Source: a candidate division FCPU426 bacterium (lineage in GTDB: Bacteria; Oederibacteriota; JAAXVQ01; JAUVAV01). Taken from it: DNA of 64,000 nucleotides. Positions 47,942-57,141 of the stretch are shown piece by piece. The stretch's first letter is position 1, and every line of letters starts with the position of its first letter. The stretch is from contig JBFLYH010000002.1 of the NCBI GenBank assembly GCA_040756875.1, positions 895,078 to 959,077 of the forward strand, given 5' to 3'. The notes under the pieces were generated by a model, which saw only the letters and a program-made list of their open reading frames with translations, made no database searches and was not told where the DNA came from. A program made the position numbers and the translations under genes.

Positions 47942-50653
47942 ATGACGAAAAAAAGGCATTACCCTCCGCAAGGCGGGACCGTAACAGCCGTGCGGCCCGG
48001 AGAAGCCGTGCGCCCGTGCACCCTGGCCTTGTGCATGATCGTGCGCAATGAGGAGAAAATGCTGCCAGGCTGTTTGCGCAGCATCCGGCCGGCGGTCGAT
48101 GAAATCATCGTGGTCGACACGGGCTCCACGGACCGTACCCGCGAACTCGCCCGACAAGAGGGCGCCCGGGTGATCGAGCACCCCTGGCAAGACGACTTTG
48201 CCGAGGCGCGGAACGTCTCGATCGCAAACGCCCGGAGCGATTATATCCTGTGGCTGGATGCCGACGACCGGGTGGATGCCGGGGAAATGGAGAAAATCCG
48301 GAAGCTGAAGAAACAACTGTCCCCGGGAAAAGACCAGGCGTTTTTTATGATGGTCGAGGACGAGTCAATCGGGAACGAGCGGATCCATTTCACCCAGCTG
48401 CGGCTGTTTCCCAACCTGCCCCAGGCCCGCTTTGAATCGCGCGTGCATGAACAAATCGAGGCCAACCTAACCAAAGCCGGAGTGAAGCTGGCCACCCTGC
48501 CCATTACGGTCCGCCACACGGGCAATCACGATCTGGAGGACCTGCAGCGGAAAGCCGGCCGCAACCTGGCGATCATTGAGGATGAGCTGGCGCGCCATCC
48601 GGATGACCCGGTAATGCATTTTCACGCCGGGCGGTCGTTGTCCGTGCTGGAGCGCGAGGCCGAAGCCGTCACGCATTTGCAAAGCGCCATGGAACATACG
48701 CCGCTCGTCAACGACGATCATTCGATCTATCTGGAAGCCGGATTGCTGCTCGGTCGCTGCTTCAATGAATTGGGCAATCCCGCGGCCGCTGAGCGCGTGC
48801 TGAGAGAGCTGGTGTCCATCAACGATCAAAAAGCGCTGGCGTATTTGTATCTGGGCGAGAGCCTGATGCGCCAGGGGCGGCAGGCCGAAGCCGCGGCGGT
48901 CCTGGAACGCATGCAGCAGCTGCCAATGAAGGCGGGTTTCACCCCGGTCAATCTGGAACAGGTGCATTTCCAGCAGTACTTTATGCTGGGCATGGCCTAT
49001 CAAAAGCAGGGGCTTTGGGACCAGGCCGAAGCGGCCTTTCTCAAAACCCTGGGCTCCCACCCCCATGTCGCCAAAAGCCTGCATACGCTCGGCCAGATGC
49101 ACTTGTCGCGCCACCGCTACGAGCAGGCAACGGAATACCTGCGGCAAGCCCTGGATGTCGACGGAGAAAACAGCGCGATCTGGTCCGATTTGGGAGTGGC
49201 ATACCTGCATACGGGAAAGCTGGTGGAAGCCGAAGCTGCATTTCTCAAAGCGCTGGAGCGGAATCCGGACCAGGTGGAGGCCATGACCAACCTGGGGTAT
49301 CTGTACCTGGGCCGAAAGGACCTGAACCGGGCGGAACCAACGCTGCAGCGCGCCCTGCGCATGGATCCCGAGGGGATCGATATTCAGTTGGCCCTGGCCC
49401 AAATTAAAGCGCTGAAACAGGATTGGCAAGGCGTGATTGCCGCCTGCGAAAGCCTGCTGTTGGCGGTCGGATTAAGCGCGTCCCGACAGCTCGACGACCT
49501 GGCCGATCTGGCGCGGTTGTACGCGGAAATCGCCCGGGCGTTTTATAACCGGAACCAGCGCCCGGCCGCGCGTCAGGCCTATCAAATCGCGTTCTTGATC
49601 CATCCCTTGCCAGAGGTGATCAAGGCCTGGATGCCGCTGGCTAAATCCCTCGGAAAAATGGAGGAAAGCCTGGAAACCATCCAATGGGCGCTGTCCTGGC
49701 ATGCCCAGGAGCCTGAAGTGATACGGGATATCCAGGCCGCGTTGGCGGAATCCGAGGAAAGGGGAGCACTCCCAACGGATGCGGCAGCGCCTTCGCCGGC
49801 GCAATCCCTGCCAACCGTGCTTCGTTCGCGGGCCGAATATGAGCAGTATGTGCAATACCATGTGGCGGAGCAGGAACGCGCCGATCAGGCGGCCGCCGAG
49901 GGCGGCAGGAACCAGAAGGAATGGCTGTTGCAGGGTTATTGCGAAGTGTGCGCCGCGCCCCGCGCGTTTGCCCTGGATTGGCAGTCCAGCAACCGCCAGG
50001 TTCCCAATTACCGCGAGCGGCTGGTTTGCCCGGGCTGCGGGTTGAACAACCGTCAACGCATCATGCTGGCCAGCCTCAAGCAGCGCCTCCACCAGGCGCC
50101 TGGCCGGGCGCCCCGCGTTTATATGTACGAACAAGTGACCCCTTTTTACCGCGCAGCGCAAAGCGTGCTGACGCAGGCCGAAGTGACGGGCAGCGAATAC
50201 TTGGGCGAAGCCCAGACCCCCGGAGCGCGGGTGAAAGGCATCCGTCACGAGGACGCCCTGCGGCTCAGCTTCGGCGATGACCAGCTGGATCTCGTGGTTT
50301 CCAACGATGTGTATGAGCACGTGCCGGACATCCTGGCTGCGCTGCGCGAAGCCTGCCGGGTGCTGCGGCCCGGAGGGGCATTGCTGTTTTCCATTCCTTT
50401 CCACCAAGAGCTGGAAAAAACCCGCCCCCGCGCCGTGCGGGAGGATGGCAAGGTCGTGCACCTGCTGCCACCGCAATTTCACGACGATCCGGTCGGCGAC
50501 GGCGGCTGCCTGGTGTTCTATGACTTCGGCTGGGACATTTTGGAGCTGTGCCTTGAGGCGGGGTTCAGCCGGAGCCGGGCCGAAGCGCATTACGATCCGA
50601 GCCGCGGCTATTTAGGCGCGGGCGGACAGCTGTTATTCGTGGCTGAAAAATAA
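47942..50653 (+). CDS. GT2 - TPR - CxxC methyltransferase fusion (flagellin glycosyltransferase-like)
   Basis: CMIVRNEE, VDTGSTD, WQDDFAEARN, WLDADD; multiple TPRs; CEVC/CPGC; SNDVYEHVPD..RVLRPGG. Confidence 0.88.
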   Translation: MTKKRHYPPQGGTVTAVRPGEAVRPCTLALCMIVRNEEKMLPGCLRSIRPAVDEIIVVDTGSTDRTRELARQEGARVIEHPWQDDFAEARNVSIANARSDYILWLDADDRVDAGEMEKIRKLKKQLSPGKDQAFFMMVEDESIGNERIHFTQLRLFPNLPQARFESRVHEQIEANLTKAGVKLATLPITVRHTGNHDLEDLQRKAGRNLAIIEDELARHPDDPVMHFHAGRSLSVLEREAEAVTHLQSAMEHTPLVNDDHSIYLEAGLLLGRCFNELGNPAAAERVLRELVSINDQKALAYLYLGESLMRQGRQAEAAAVLERMQQLPMKAGFTPVNLEQVHFQQYFMLGMAYQKQGLWDQAEAAFLKTLGSHPHVAKSLHTLGQMHLSRHRYEQATEYLRQALDVDGENSAIWSDLGVAYLHTGKLVEAEAAFLKALERNPDQVEAMTNLGYLYLGRKDLNRAEPTLQRALRMDPEGIDIQLALAQIKALKQDWQGVIAACESLLLAVGLSASRQLDDLADLARLYAEIARAFYNRNQRPAARQAYQIAFLIHPLPEVIKAWMPLAKSLGKMEESLETIQWALSWHAQEPEVIRDIQAALAESEERGALPTDAAAPSPAQSLPTVLRSRAEYEQYVQYHVAEQERADQAAAEGGRNQKEWLLQGYCEVCAAPRAFALDWQSSNRQVPNYRERLVCPGCGLNNRQRIMLASLKQRLHQAPGRAPRVYMYEQVTPFYRAAQSVLTQAEVTGSEYLGEAQTPGARVKGIRHEDALRLSFGDDQLDLVVSNDVYEHVPDILAALREACRVLRPGGALLFSIPFHQELEKTRPRAVREDGKVVHLLPPQFHDDPVGDGGCLVFYDFGWDILELCLEAGFSRSRAEAHYDPSRGYLGAGGQLLFVAEK

Positions 50654-50849
50654 CAGGGTGCTGAAAAATCCGGATAGGTTCCGCTAGCACCCTGTACTGG
50701 CCCTCCAGATAGATATAAGGCTGGTAGGGTCAGCACCTGACGGTTACCCCATGATAAATCACTGATTTGTCATGGGGTATTCCATGCGACGCAATCGAAC
50801 AAGTCCGCTCTGCGGACTTGTTCATCAGCATGTTAGGGAGGCGGACGCG

Positions 50850-51827
50850 ATGCCTGAAATCCTGCAACCGGGAATACCCTTTGTCAGACCGCCCGAGCGT
50901 TCGCTCGCGCAGCAGATCAAGGAACTGACCGAAGCCGTGGAGTTGTATAAAAACCTGCTGCGAAAAGCCCGCCAGGAACAAGCGCGGAACGGAGCCATGC
51001 AGGCGTTCCCTCCGGGGCATTTCTATTCGCCCATCCCGGATTTGAATGAGGTCAAAGCGCACGCAGGCGAAATCTTCAACATTTCCCGCCGCGAACTTCC
51101 GGGCCTGGACCTGCGCGAGCAGGGGCAAGTGGCCCTGCTGGCAGCCCTGGCGCCGTATTACCAGGAGCTGCCGTTCGGGGAGACCGCCCAGGCCGGTCTG
51201 CGTTATTTTTATCAAAACCCGGCTTACAGCTACACAGACGGAATATTTCTTTATTGCCTGCTCCGGCACCTGCGTCCCAAGCGGGTGATTGAAGTAGGTT
51301 CCGGATATTCGTCCTGCGTCACCCTGGACACCAATGAGCGTTTTTTCGAGAACCAAATCGCCTGCACCTTCATCGAGCCGTATCCCGAACTGCTGCACTC
51401 CCTGCTCAAGCCCGGGGACCGGGAACGCGTTGAGATACTGCCCCTGCCGCTGCAGCGCGTGCCGCCGGACCGGTTTAAAGCGCTTGCAGCCGGAGATGTT
51501 CTGTTCATTGATTCCACCCATGTTTCCAAAGTGCACAGCGACGTCAATTACATCCTGTTCGAAATCCTGCCCGCGCTGGCGCCCGGGGTTTACATCCATT
51601 TTCACGACGTTTTTTACCCCTTTGAATATCCGGCGGAATGGATCTTCGAGGGCCGGGCCTGGAATGAGGATTATATGCTGCGGGCTTTTTTGCTTTTCAA
51701 TTCCGCATTTCGCATCGAACTGTTCAGCACGTTTTTAGGCCATTTTCACGCGGAGTATTTCCGGCAGCATATGCCGTTGTGCGAACGGAATTTTGGCGGC
51801 AACCTCTGGTTGAGCAAGCAAACGTGA
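50850..51827 (+). CDS. Class I SAM methyltransferase (Methyltransf_24-like)
   Basis: GHFYSPIP, PKRVIEVGSGYSS, LFIDSTH, IHFHDVF, WNEDY. Confidence 0.85.
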   Translation: MPEILQPGIPFVRPPERSLAQQIKELTEAVELYKNLLRKARQEQARNGAMQAFPPGHFYSPIPDLNEVKAHAGEIFNISRRELPGLDLREQGQVALLAALAPYYQELPFGETAQAGLRYFYQNPAYSYTDGIFLYCLLRHLRPKRVIEVGSGYSSCVTLDTNERFFENQIACTFIEPYPELLHSLLKPGDRERVEILPLPLQRVPPDRFKALAAGDVLFIDSTHVSKVHSDVNYILFEILPALAPGVYIHFHDVFYPFEYPAEWIFEGRAWNEDYMLRAFLLFNSAFRIELFSTFLGHFHAEYFRQHMPLCERNFGGNLWLSKQT

Positions 51828-51970
51828 CCTGGCCCGGCCGGCAGTCCTCTCCAGGCTCGAAACAGCCTTCAAAATCAATTCTTAATCAGCGCCTGACCCC
51901 ATCCGGGGACGGGATAAATATGTCAAAAAAGAACAGCTGATAAACCTTATATTTTAAGGATATTCACGGA

Positions 51971-51999
51971 TTAAAGAAAAAGCCTCCTTGGCACGATTA
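51971..51999 (+). promoter_or_regulatory. Sigma28-like promoter (fliDS)
   Basis: TTAAAG-N15-CACGATTA. Confidence 0.55.
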
Positions 52000-52034
52000 T
52001 CCTTATAGCAGACGGTTTCATGCGAGGTGCCCCC

Positions 52035-53855
52035 ATGAGTTCGAATTCAATCTATATCTCCGGTTTGGCCTCAGGCATCGATACAGAAAGCATGATCACC
52101 AAGCTGATGGAGCTGGAACGCAGGCCGCAGCTGATGGTGCAGCAAAAGGTGAATCTGCTTACCGCCAAGCAGGGCGTGTACAGCTCGTTGAAAACCAAGC
52201 TGGCTGCCCTGGAAAGCGCGGTCCAAACCCTCAACGAAGCGGGCAATCTCTTTTTTCGGCAGAAAATCGCCTCCAGTTCGGACACGGCCGTAGCCAGCGC
52301 CGCGGTCACAGGGTCCAATCCGGCCCAGGGCAGCTATCAGCTGCAGGTGACCCAGCTGGCTTCGGCCGCGATGGTTACCGGCACGGCGCTGTATACCGGC
52401 GCCGACGCCCAGGCGTTGCCGGCCAGCCTGGCCAGCAGCGCCAGCATCGCGGCGCCCAGTCAGACCGTGGATCCCTCCCAAGCCCTCAGCACCCAGGCCG
52501 CATTCATGGCCGTGACGCCCGACAGCCTGGGGACCATCGAAATCAACGGCCGCACTGTCGCCTGGGACGACAACATGTCGCTCAACGAAATCATCGGCAG
52601 GATCAACAGCTCGGGCGCGGGCGTGACCGCGGCGTTTGACGCGGTCGCGCAGACCATCAGCCTGGTAACCCAGGAGACCGGCGCCACGGCCAGCCTGACG
52701 GTTTCCGAGAGCGCGGGCAACCTGTGGGAGGCCCTACAGATCACGCCCGGCACGGCCAGCGGCTCGGACGCCCAGTCGCCGTCCTTGACCGAGCCCCTGG
52801 GAGACGCGGCCGCCAATCTGGACATTGCGGTGACCAGCGGCACCTTTACCCTGAACGGCGTGGTTTTCTACGTAGACGCGGCCACGGACACCCTGCAGAC
52901 CGTGCTCAACCGCATCAACGCATCCAGCGCCGGGGTGAACGCCGGCTATGACGAAGAGACGGGCGCTGTCTCCCTGGTGCAGACAGAGACCGGCTCAGGG
53001 GCGGAGATCGTGCTGGGCGCGTCAGGCGACAGTAGCAACCTGCTGTATGCCCTCAAACTGTCCGGCAACAATCCTCCGGTCGGAGGCGCCGGCGATACTT
53101 ACCAGGGCACGGATGCCATGGTGAGCGTGAACGGTGGAACAGCCCAAGCCTACAGCAGCAACACCCTCGCCGGCGTCATTCCCGGGGTTAAAGTGACGCT
53201 CACTGGCACAGGCAGCACCACGGTGAGCGTGTCCGCCGACACGGACGCCATGCTCGGGAGCATCAAGGATTTCGTGGAAAAATACAACGCCGTGATTTCC
53301 TATATCCATTCGAAAACCAACGAAAAGCGCGCCGAAGACCCCTCGACGATTGCGGAGCTGATGCAGGGCACATGGGTGTCGGACCCGCTCTTCCTCGAGA
53401 CCAAAGACCAACTGACCCAGATCGTGGGCAGCGCGGTCAGCGGCCTTCCGGGCGACATGAACCAATTGGCCCAATTGGGCATCACCACCACTTCGGATGA
53501 TTTCGGCAAAAAACCCCTGCTGGAACTGGACGAAAACGATCTGCGCGAGGCGCTGCTGGCCGATCCGGACGGCGTAGCCGGCGTGTTCAACACCACGGAC
53601 ACCGGGATCATGACCCAGCTGGCGGCCAAACTCGAAAACATGACGGACATCGTAAGCGGCAGCTTCGTGCTGGAAGACCAGGCGCTGACCGAGCAAATGG
53701 ATGTTTTGAACAAGCAAATCCAGGCCATGGAGGAACGTCTCGTCAAGCGGGAATCGATCATGCGCAACCAATTCACGCAGATGGAGACCGCCGTGGCCAG
53801 ACTGAATGCCATGGGTTCGCAACTGGCCGGCTTGCTCACCATTACCAATAACTGA
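52035..53855 (+). CDS. fliD: Flagellar filament cap FliD
   Basis: SGLASGIDT..ITKLM..ER, VTQLA, FVEKYN, LAQLGITT, QFTQME. Confidence 0.93.
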   Translation: MSSNSIYISGLASGIDTESMITKLMELERRPQLMVQQKVNLLTAKQGVYSSLKTKLAALESAVQTLNEAGNLFFRQKIASSSDTAVASAAVTGSNPAQGSYQLQVTQLASAAMVTGTALYTGADAQALPASLASSASIAAPSQTVDPSQALSTQAAFMAVTPDSLGTIEINGRTVAWDDNMSLNEIIGRINSSGAGVTAAFDAVAQTISLVTQETGATASLTVSESAGNLWEALQITPGTASGSDAQSPSLTEPLGDAAANLDIAVTSGTFTLNGVVFYVDAATDTLQTVLNRINASSAGVNAGYDEETGAVSLVQTETGSGAEIVLGASGDSSNLLYALKLSGNNPPVGGAGDTYQGTDAMVSVNGGTAQAYSSNTLAGVIPGVKVTLTGTGSTTVSVSADTDAMLGSIKDFVEKYNAVISYIHSKTNEKRAEDPSTIAELMQGTWVSDPLFLETKDQLTQIVGSAVSGLPGDMNQLAQLGITTTSDDFGKKPLLELDENDLREALLADPDGVAGVFNTTDTGIMTQLAAKLENMTDIVSGSFVLEDQALTEQMDVLNKQIQAMEERLVKRESIMRNQFTQMETAVARLNAMGSQLAGLLTITNN

Positions 53856-53922
53856 GCGAATGCCAGGAAGTGCCATTCCGGGGCGGCGCAGCCGCCCGGG
53901 CTAAGACAAGGAGGTCTTTGCC

Positions 53923-54372
53923 ATGACTGAAGCCGTGTTGAACATGATGACGATGTTTCCGCCCCTGGCGCCGCCGCTGCAAGCGGTGCGGTTGGCCGCC
54001 GAGGATCCTTTCCAGATATCCTACCAGGAAAGCAGGGTGTTCACGGCCAGCAGGGAGGAGCTTGTGCTCATGCTCTACGACGGAGCCCTGAAGTTCACCA
54101 ACCGGGGCTTGGAGGCATTGCGAAACGGCGACCGGCCGGCTATGAATTACAACCTGCTGCGGGCGCAAAAAATCGTCCATTACCTCGATATGTCCCTGAA
54201 TATGCAGCAGGGCGAGGAAGTCGCTAAAAATTTGGCGCGTTTGTACGATTTTATCAAACGGCGCTTGGGCGAGTGCCAGCGGTCGCAGGAAAGGGAACCG
54301 GGCGAAGAGGCCTTGAGCATCCTCAAGCATATGCGGGAAACTTGGCAGCAAGCATTTGAGCTGAAACGATAA
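53923..54372 (+). CDS. fliS: Flagellin chaperone FliS
   Basis: TASREELVLMLYDGALKF, RAQKIV..L..SLN, NLARLYDF, RETW. Confidence 0.92.
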   Translation: MTEAVLNMMTMFPPLAPPLQAVRLAAEDPFQISYQESRVFTASREELVLMLYDGALKFTNRGLEALRNGDRPAMNYNLLRAQKIVHYLDMSLNMQQGEEVAKNLARLYDFIKRRLGECQRSQEREPGEEALSILKHMRETWQQAFELKR

Positions 54373-54472
54373 GCTGGAAACGGCGGATAAAAGCACAAAC
54401 GACCCGTGAAGAACGCCGAGAGGCGAAAGGCGAGAGCGAATTTCTCTTGCGGCGGGGGCACGCAGGGGAGCT

Positions 54473-54500
54473 GGGGGCGCAGGGCACTGCGCCCCCTTTT
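54473..54500 (+). terminator. Terminator after fliS
   Basis: GGGGGCGCAG-GGCA-CTGCGCCCCC-TTTT. Confidence 0.7.
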
Positions 54501-54626
54501 CATTTGGGGGCGGCTTTTTTGCATGAAAAAACCGGAAAGGCGGTCTAATTTCACGAGGCCCCTCAATATCACGCCCGGCTTGGTCGAAACTGAAACCGAA
54601 TCCTTGTTCGCTTTGGGAGCGCGACT

Positions 54627-55523
54627 GTGAAGGAAAACAAACTGAAACAGGTCATCCACAGCATCGGCGAAATTCCCACGCTGCCCAGCGTAGTGGCGCG
54701 GGTCATGCAGGTGCTGAGCGATCCGTATTCCTCGGCCTCGGATTTGACGGAAATCATCTCCGTGGACCAGGCCATGACGTTCCGCATCCTGAAGATGGCC
54801 AATTCCGCCTATTACGGATTTCCCCGCGCCGTGGCCACAGTGACCGAAGCCATCGTGCTGCTGGGGTTCACCACGGTCCGCAACCTGATCCTGACCACCA
54901 TGATGTACAACTTTGACCAGATGTGGACGCCCCGGGCTTCCCAGCCGAAGCCGGTCGGAAGCCAGGCCCTTTTCAACCAGCGGCAGGCCTGGAAGCACGC
55001 CGTGGCCACCGCCATCATGACCCGGGAACTGCTCACCAGCCAGCGAATGTCAGCCCAGGAGAATTTCGGTTTCCTGGCGGGATTGATGCACGATGTCGGC
55101 AAGGTTCTGTTTTACCATTACTTTCTGGCGGATTACGCGATGGTTCTGCGTCAGGAATCCGGGGACCAGCGGAGCCTGCTGCAGCGGGAAGTGGAGGTAA
55201 TGGGCGCCCACCACGGCCAGGTTGGCGCCTGGATGGTGGACCGGTGGAATTTGCCGGCTGAAATCGTCACGCCCATTGCCTGCCACCACGCCCCCGAAGA
55301 GGCCAAGGAGCAAAAGGCCCTGACCCAGGTGCTGTACATGGCCAACCGCTTGGCGCACGCCACCTTGCAGGACGAAACCGAGGCCGAAGGCCTGCGCCGC
55401 CCCTCCCAGCCGGGAACGATGCAAATTTGGGAACAGCTCGGGCTTTCGACGGAACAGATCCAGAACATGGAAAAATCCCTGCTGCGTGAGCTGCAGGAGA
55501 TCGAAAAATTCATGCAGGTATAA
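54627..55523 (+). CDS. Stand-alone HDOD domain protein
   Basis: IPTLP, ILKMANSAYYG, GLMHDVGK, HGQVGAW..RWNLP, CHHAP. Confidence 0.9.
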   Translation: MKENKLKQVIHSIGEIPTLPSVVARVMQVLSDPYSSASDLTEIISVDQAMTFRILKMANSAYYGFPRAVATVTEAIVLLGFTTVRNLILTTMMYNFDQMWTPRASQPKPVGSQALFNQRQAWKHAVATAIMTRELLTSQRMSAQENFGFLAGLMHDVGKVLFYHYFLADYAMVLRQESGDQRSLLQREVEVMGAHHGQVGAWMVDRWNLPAEIVTPIACHHAPEEAKEQKALTQVLYMANRLAHATLQDETEAEGLRRPSQPGTMQIWEQLGLSTEQIQNMEKSLLRELQEIEKFMQV

Positions 55524-55592
55524 GGGCCGATTGACGGCTTGGCTGGGGCATCCTCTTTGCGCCCCGGCCCATTAAACCCGGACGCAGGAACC

Positions 55593-56900
55593 ATGGAACC
55601 GACCACACCAGCGACTCCAGGCGGCGAACCGGCTTCCCCGGCGAGGGAAGTCGAGGAACTGCGCCAATATCTTGAGATTCAGGAAAAAATCAACCGCGGC
55701 CTGCGGACCTTTATCGCGGAAATGACGATTGTCTTCCGGTTCATCGAGACCGTCAGCACGTTCCATTCGCAGGAGCGCATCCTGAACCTGCTGATGGACG
55801 TCATGCATGAATTGTGCGGCTACGACGCGGCCGCCCTGTTTTTGGCGGGGTCCTGGGCGCCCAAGATCGCTTTTCACGCGGAAGAGCTGGAGCAGTACCG
55901 CCAGAAACTGGAGCTGGACGACCGGATTTACGACTGGGTGGAGCGGCAGGGGCATGCCGTGGTGGTGCCGGACAGTTTCCGGCGCCAGGATCAATCCGGA
56001 AACGATAAGTGGTCGTACATGATTGCGCCCCTTTCCACCTCCACCGAGCGGCTGGGACGGATCGAAATGCTGTTCCGGCGATCCCAGGGCGCGTTCACCC
56101 AGCAAACCTTCAGCATTATCAACGTGCTGCTCAAACACGCCGGCGTGATCCTGGCGAACGAGCGCGTGTATACCAAGGAGCGCGCCACCGCCAAGAAATA
56201 CATCGAACTGGACATGCTCAAGCAGGACGTGGTCAACACCACCACCCATGAGATCAAAACCCCGCTTACGATCATCCAGGCCGCGGCCATGCTGCTGCAG
56301 CGCAATCCCCGCCTGCCCAAGGAAGAACGCGCGGAACTGCTCGACAAGGTCATTTACCAGTGCGCGCGCATCAACGACATCGTCACCGAGCTGTTCGAAA
56401 CCGCCCAGGTCGAAGACAGCGCCCCGCGCCTGAATCCCGAGCCCGTTTCCCTCAGCGAACTCACGCAGACCGTGCTGCGGGAGATCCACTACCAGCCCGC
56501 GCTGATCGCCTTTCGCCTGGAATTGCCCGAGCAACTGCCCCTGGTTCACGCGGACCGCCCCAGCCTGCACAAGGTGGTCCGTAACCTGATCGAAAACGCG
56601 GTCAAGTATTCACCCAAGGGCGGCGACATTGTGGTGTCCGCGGATGCTGACAGCGACACGGTCCGCTGGCGGATCGAAGACCACGGCCTGGGCATTTCCG
56701 AGGCGGATTTGCCCCGGATATTCACCAAGTTTTTCCGCGCCGGCGACGTCAATACCCGCACGATCCGGGGCATGGGTTTCGGCTTGTATTTGGTTAAAAA
56801 AAACGTGGAATTGAACCAGGGGACCATCCAGGTTCAAAGCACCATGGGTCAGGGATCGACTTTTACCCTGGAATTTCCCCGCTGGCAGCCCAAGGAATGA
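55593..56900 (+). CDS. Cytoplasmic GAF sensor histidine kinase
   Basis: HEIKTPL, NLIENAVKYS, DHGLGIS, F.KFFR, GMGFGL. Confidence 0.88.
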   Translation: MEPTTPATPGGEPASPAREVEELRQYLEIQEKINRGLRTFIAEMTIVFRFIETVSTFHSQERILNLLMDVMHELCGYDAAALFLAGSWAPKIAFHAEELEQYRQKLELDDRIYDWVERQGHAVVVPDSFRRQDQSGNDKWSYMIAPLSTSTERLGRIEMLFRRSQGAFTQQTFSIINVLLKHAGVILANERVYTKERATAKKYIELDMLKQDVVNTTTHEIKTPLTIIQAAAMLLQRNPRLPKEERAELLDKVIYQCARINDIVTELFETAQVEDSAPRLNPEPVSLSELTQTVLREIHYQPALIAFRLELPEQLPLVHADRPSLHKVVRNLIENAVKYSPKGGDIVVSADADSDTVRWRIEDHGLGISEADLPRIFTKFFRAGDVNTRTIRGMGFGLYLVKKNVELNQGTIQVQSTMGQGSTFTLEFPRWQPKE

Positions 56901-57088
56901 ACAGAGGCAGGGGCTTCACACCGGAAATCAATTCCATAGTCCTGGCCTCAGAGGTATGGAAAATAAACCCCACTTGCCAGATTGAAAAGCCCGGATCGAT
57001 CGTCTTCGCCACCCGCCTGAAAATCCATTGTAAATAAAGGGCATTTCGGGGGATTTTACAGGTTCTTTCCCGGAAAACCTCCTGCAGC

Positions 57089-57104
57089 TGGCATGTTCCT
57101 TGCA
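57089..57104 (+). promoter_or_regulatory. Sigma54 promoter of the flgBC-fliEFG... operon
   Basis: TGGCATGTTCCTTGCA, near-consensus -24/-12. Confidence 0.8.
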
Positions 57105-57141
57105 TTTTTGCCTCTTGCCGAACTTTGAGCAAGGAGATGCC

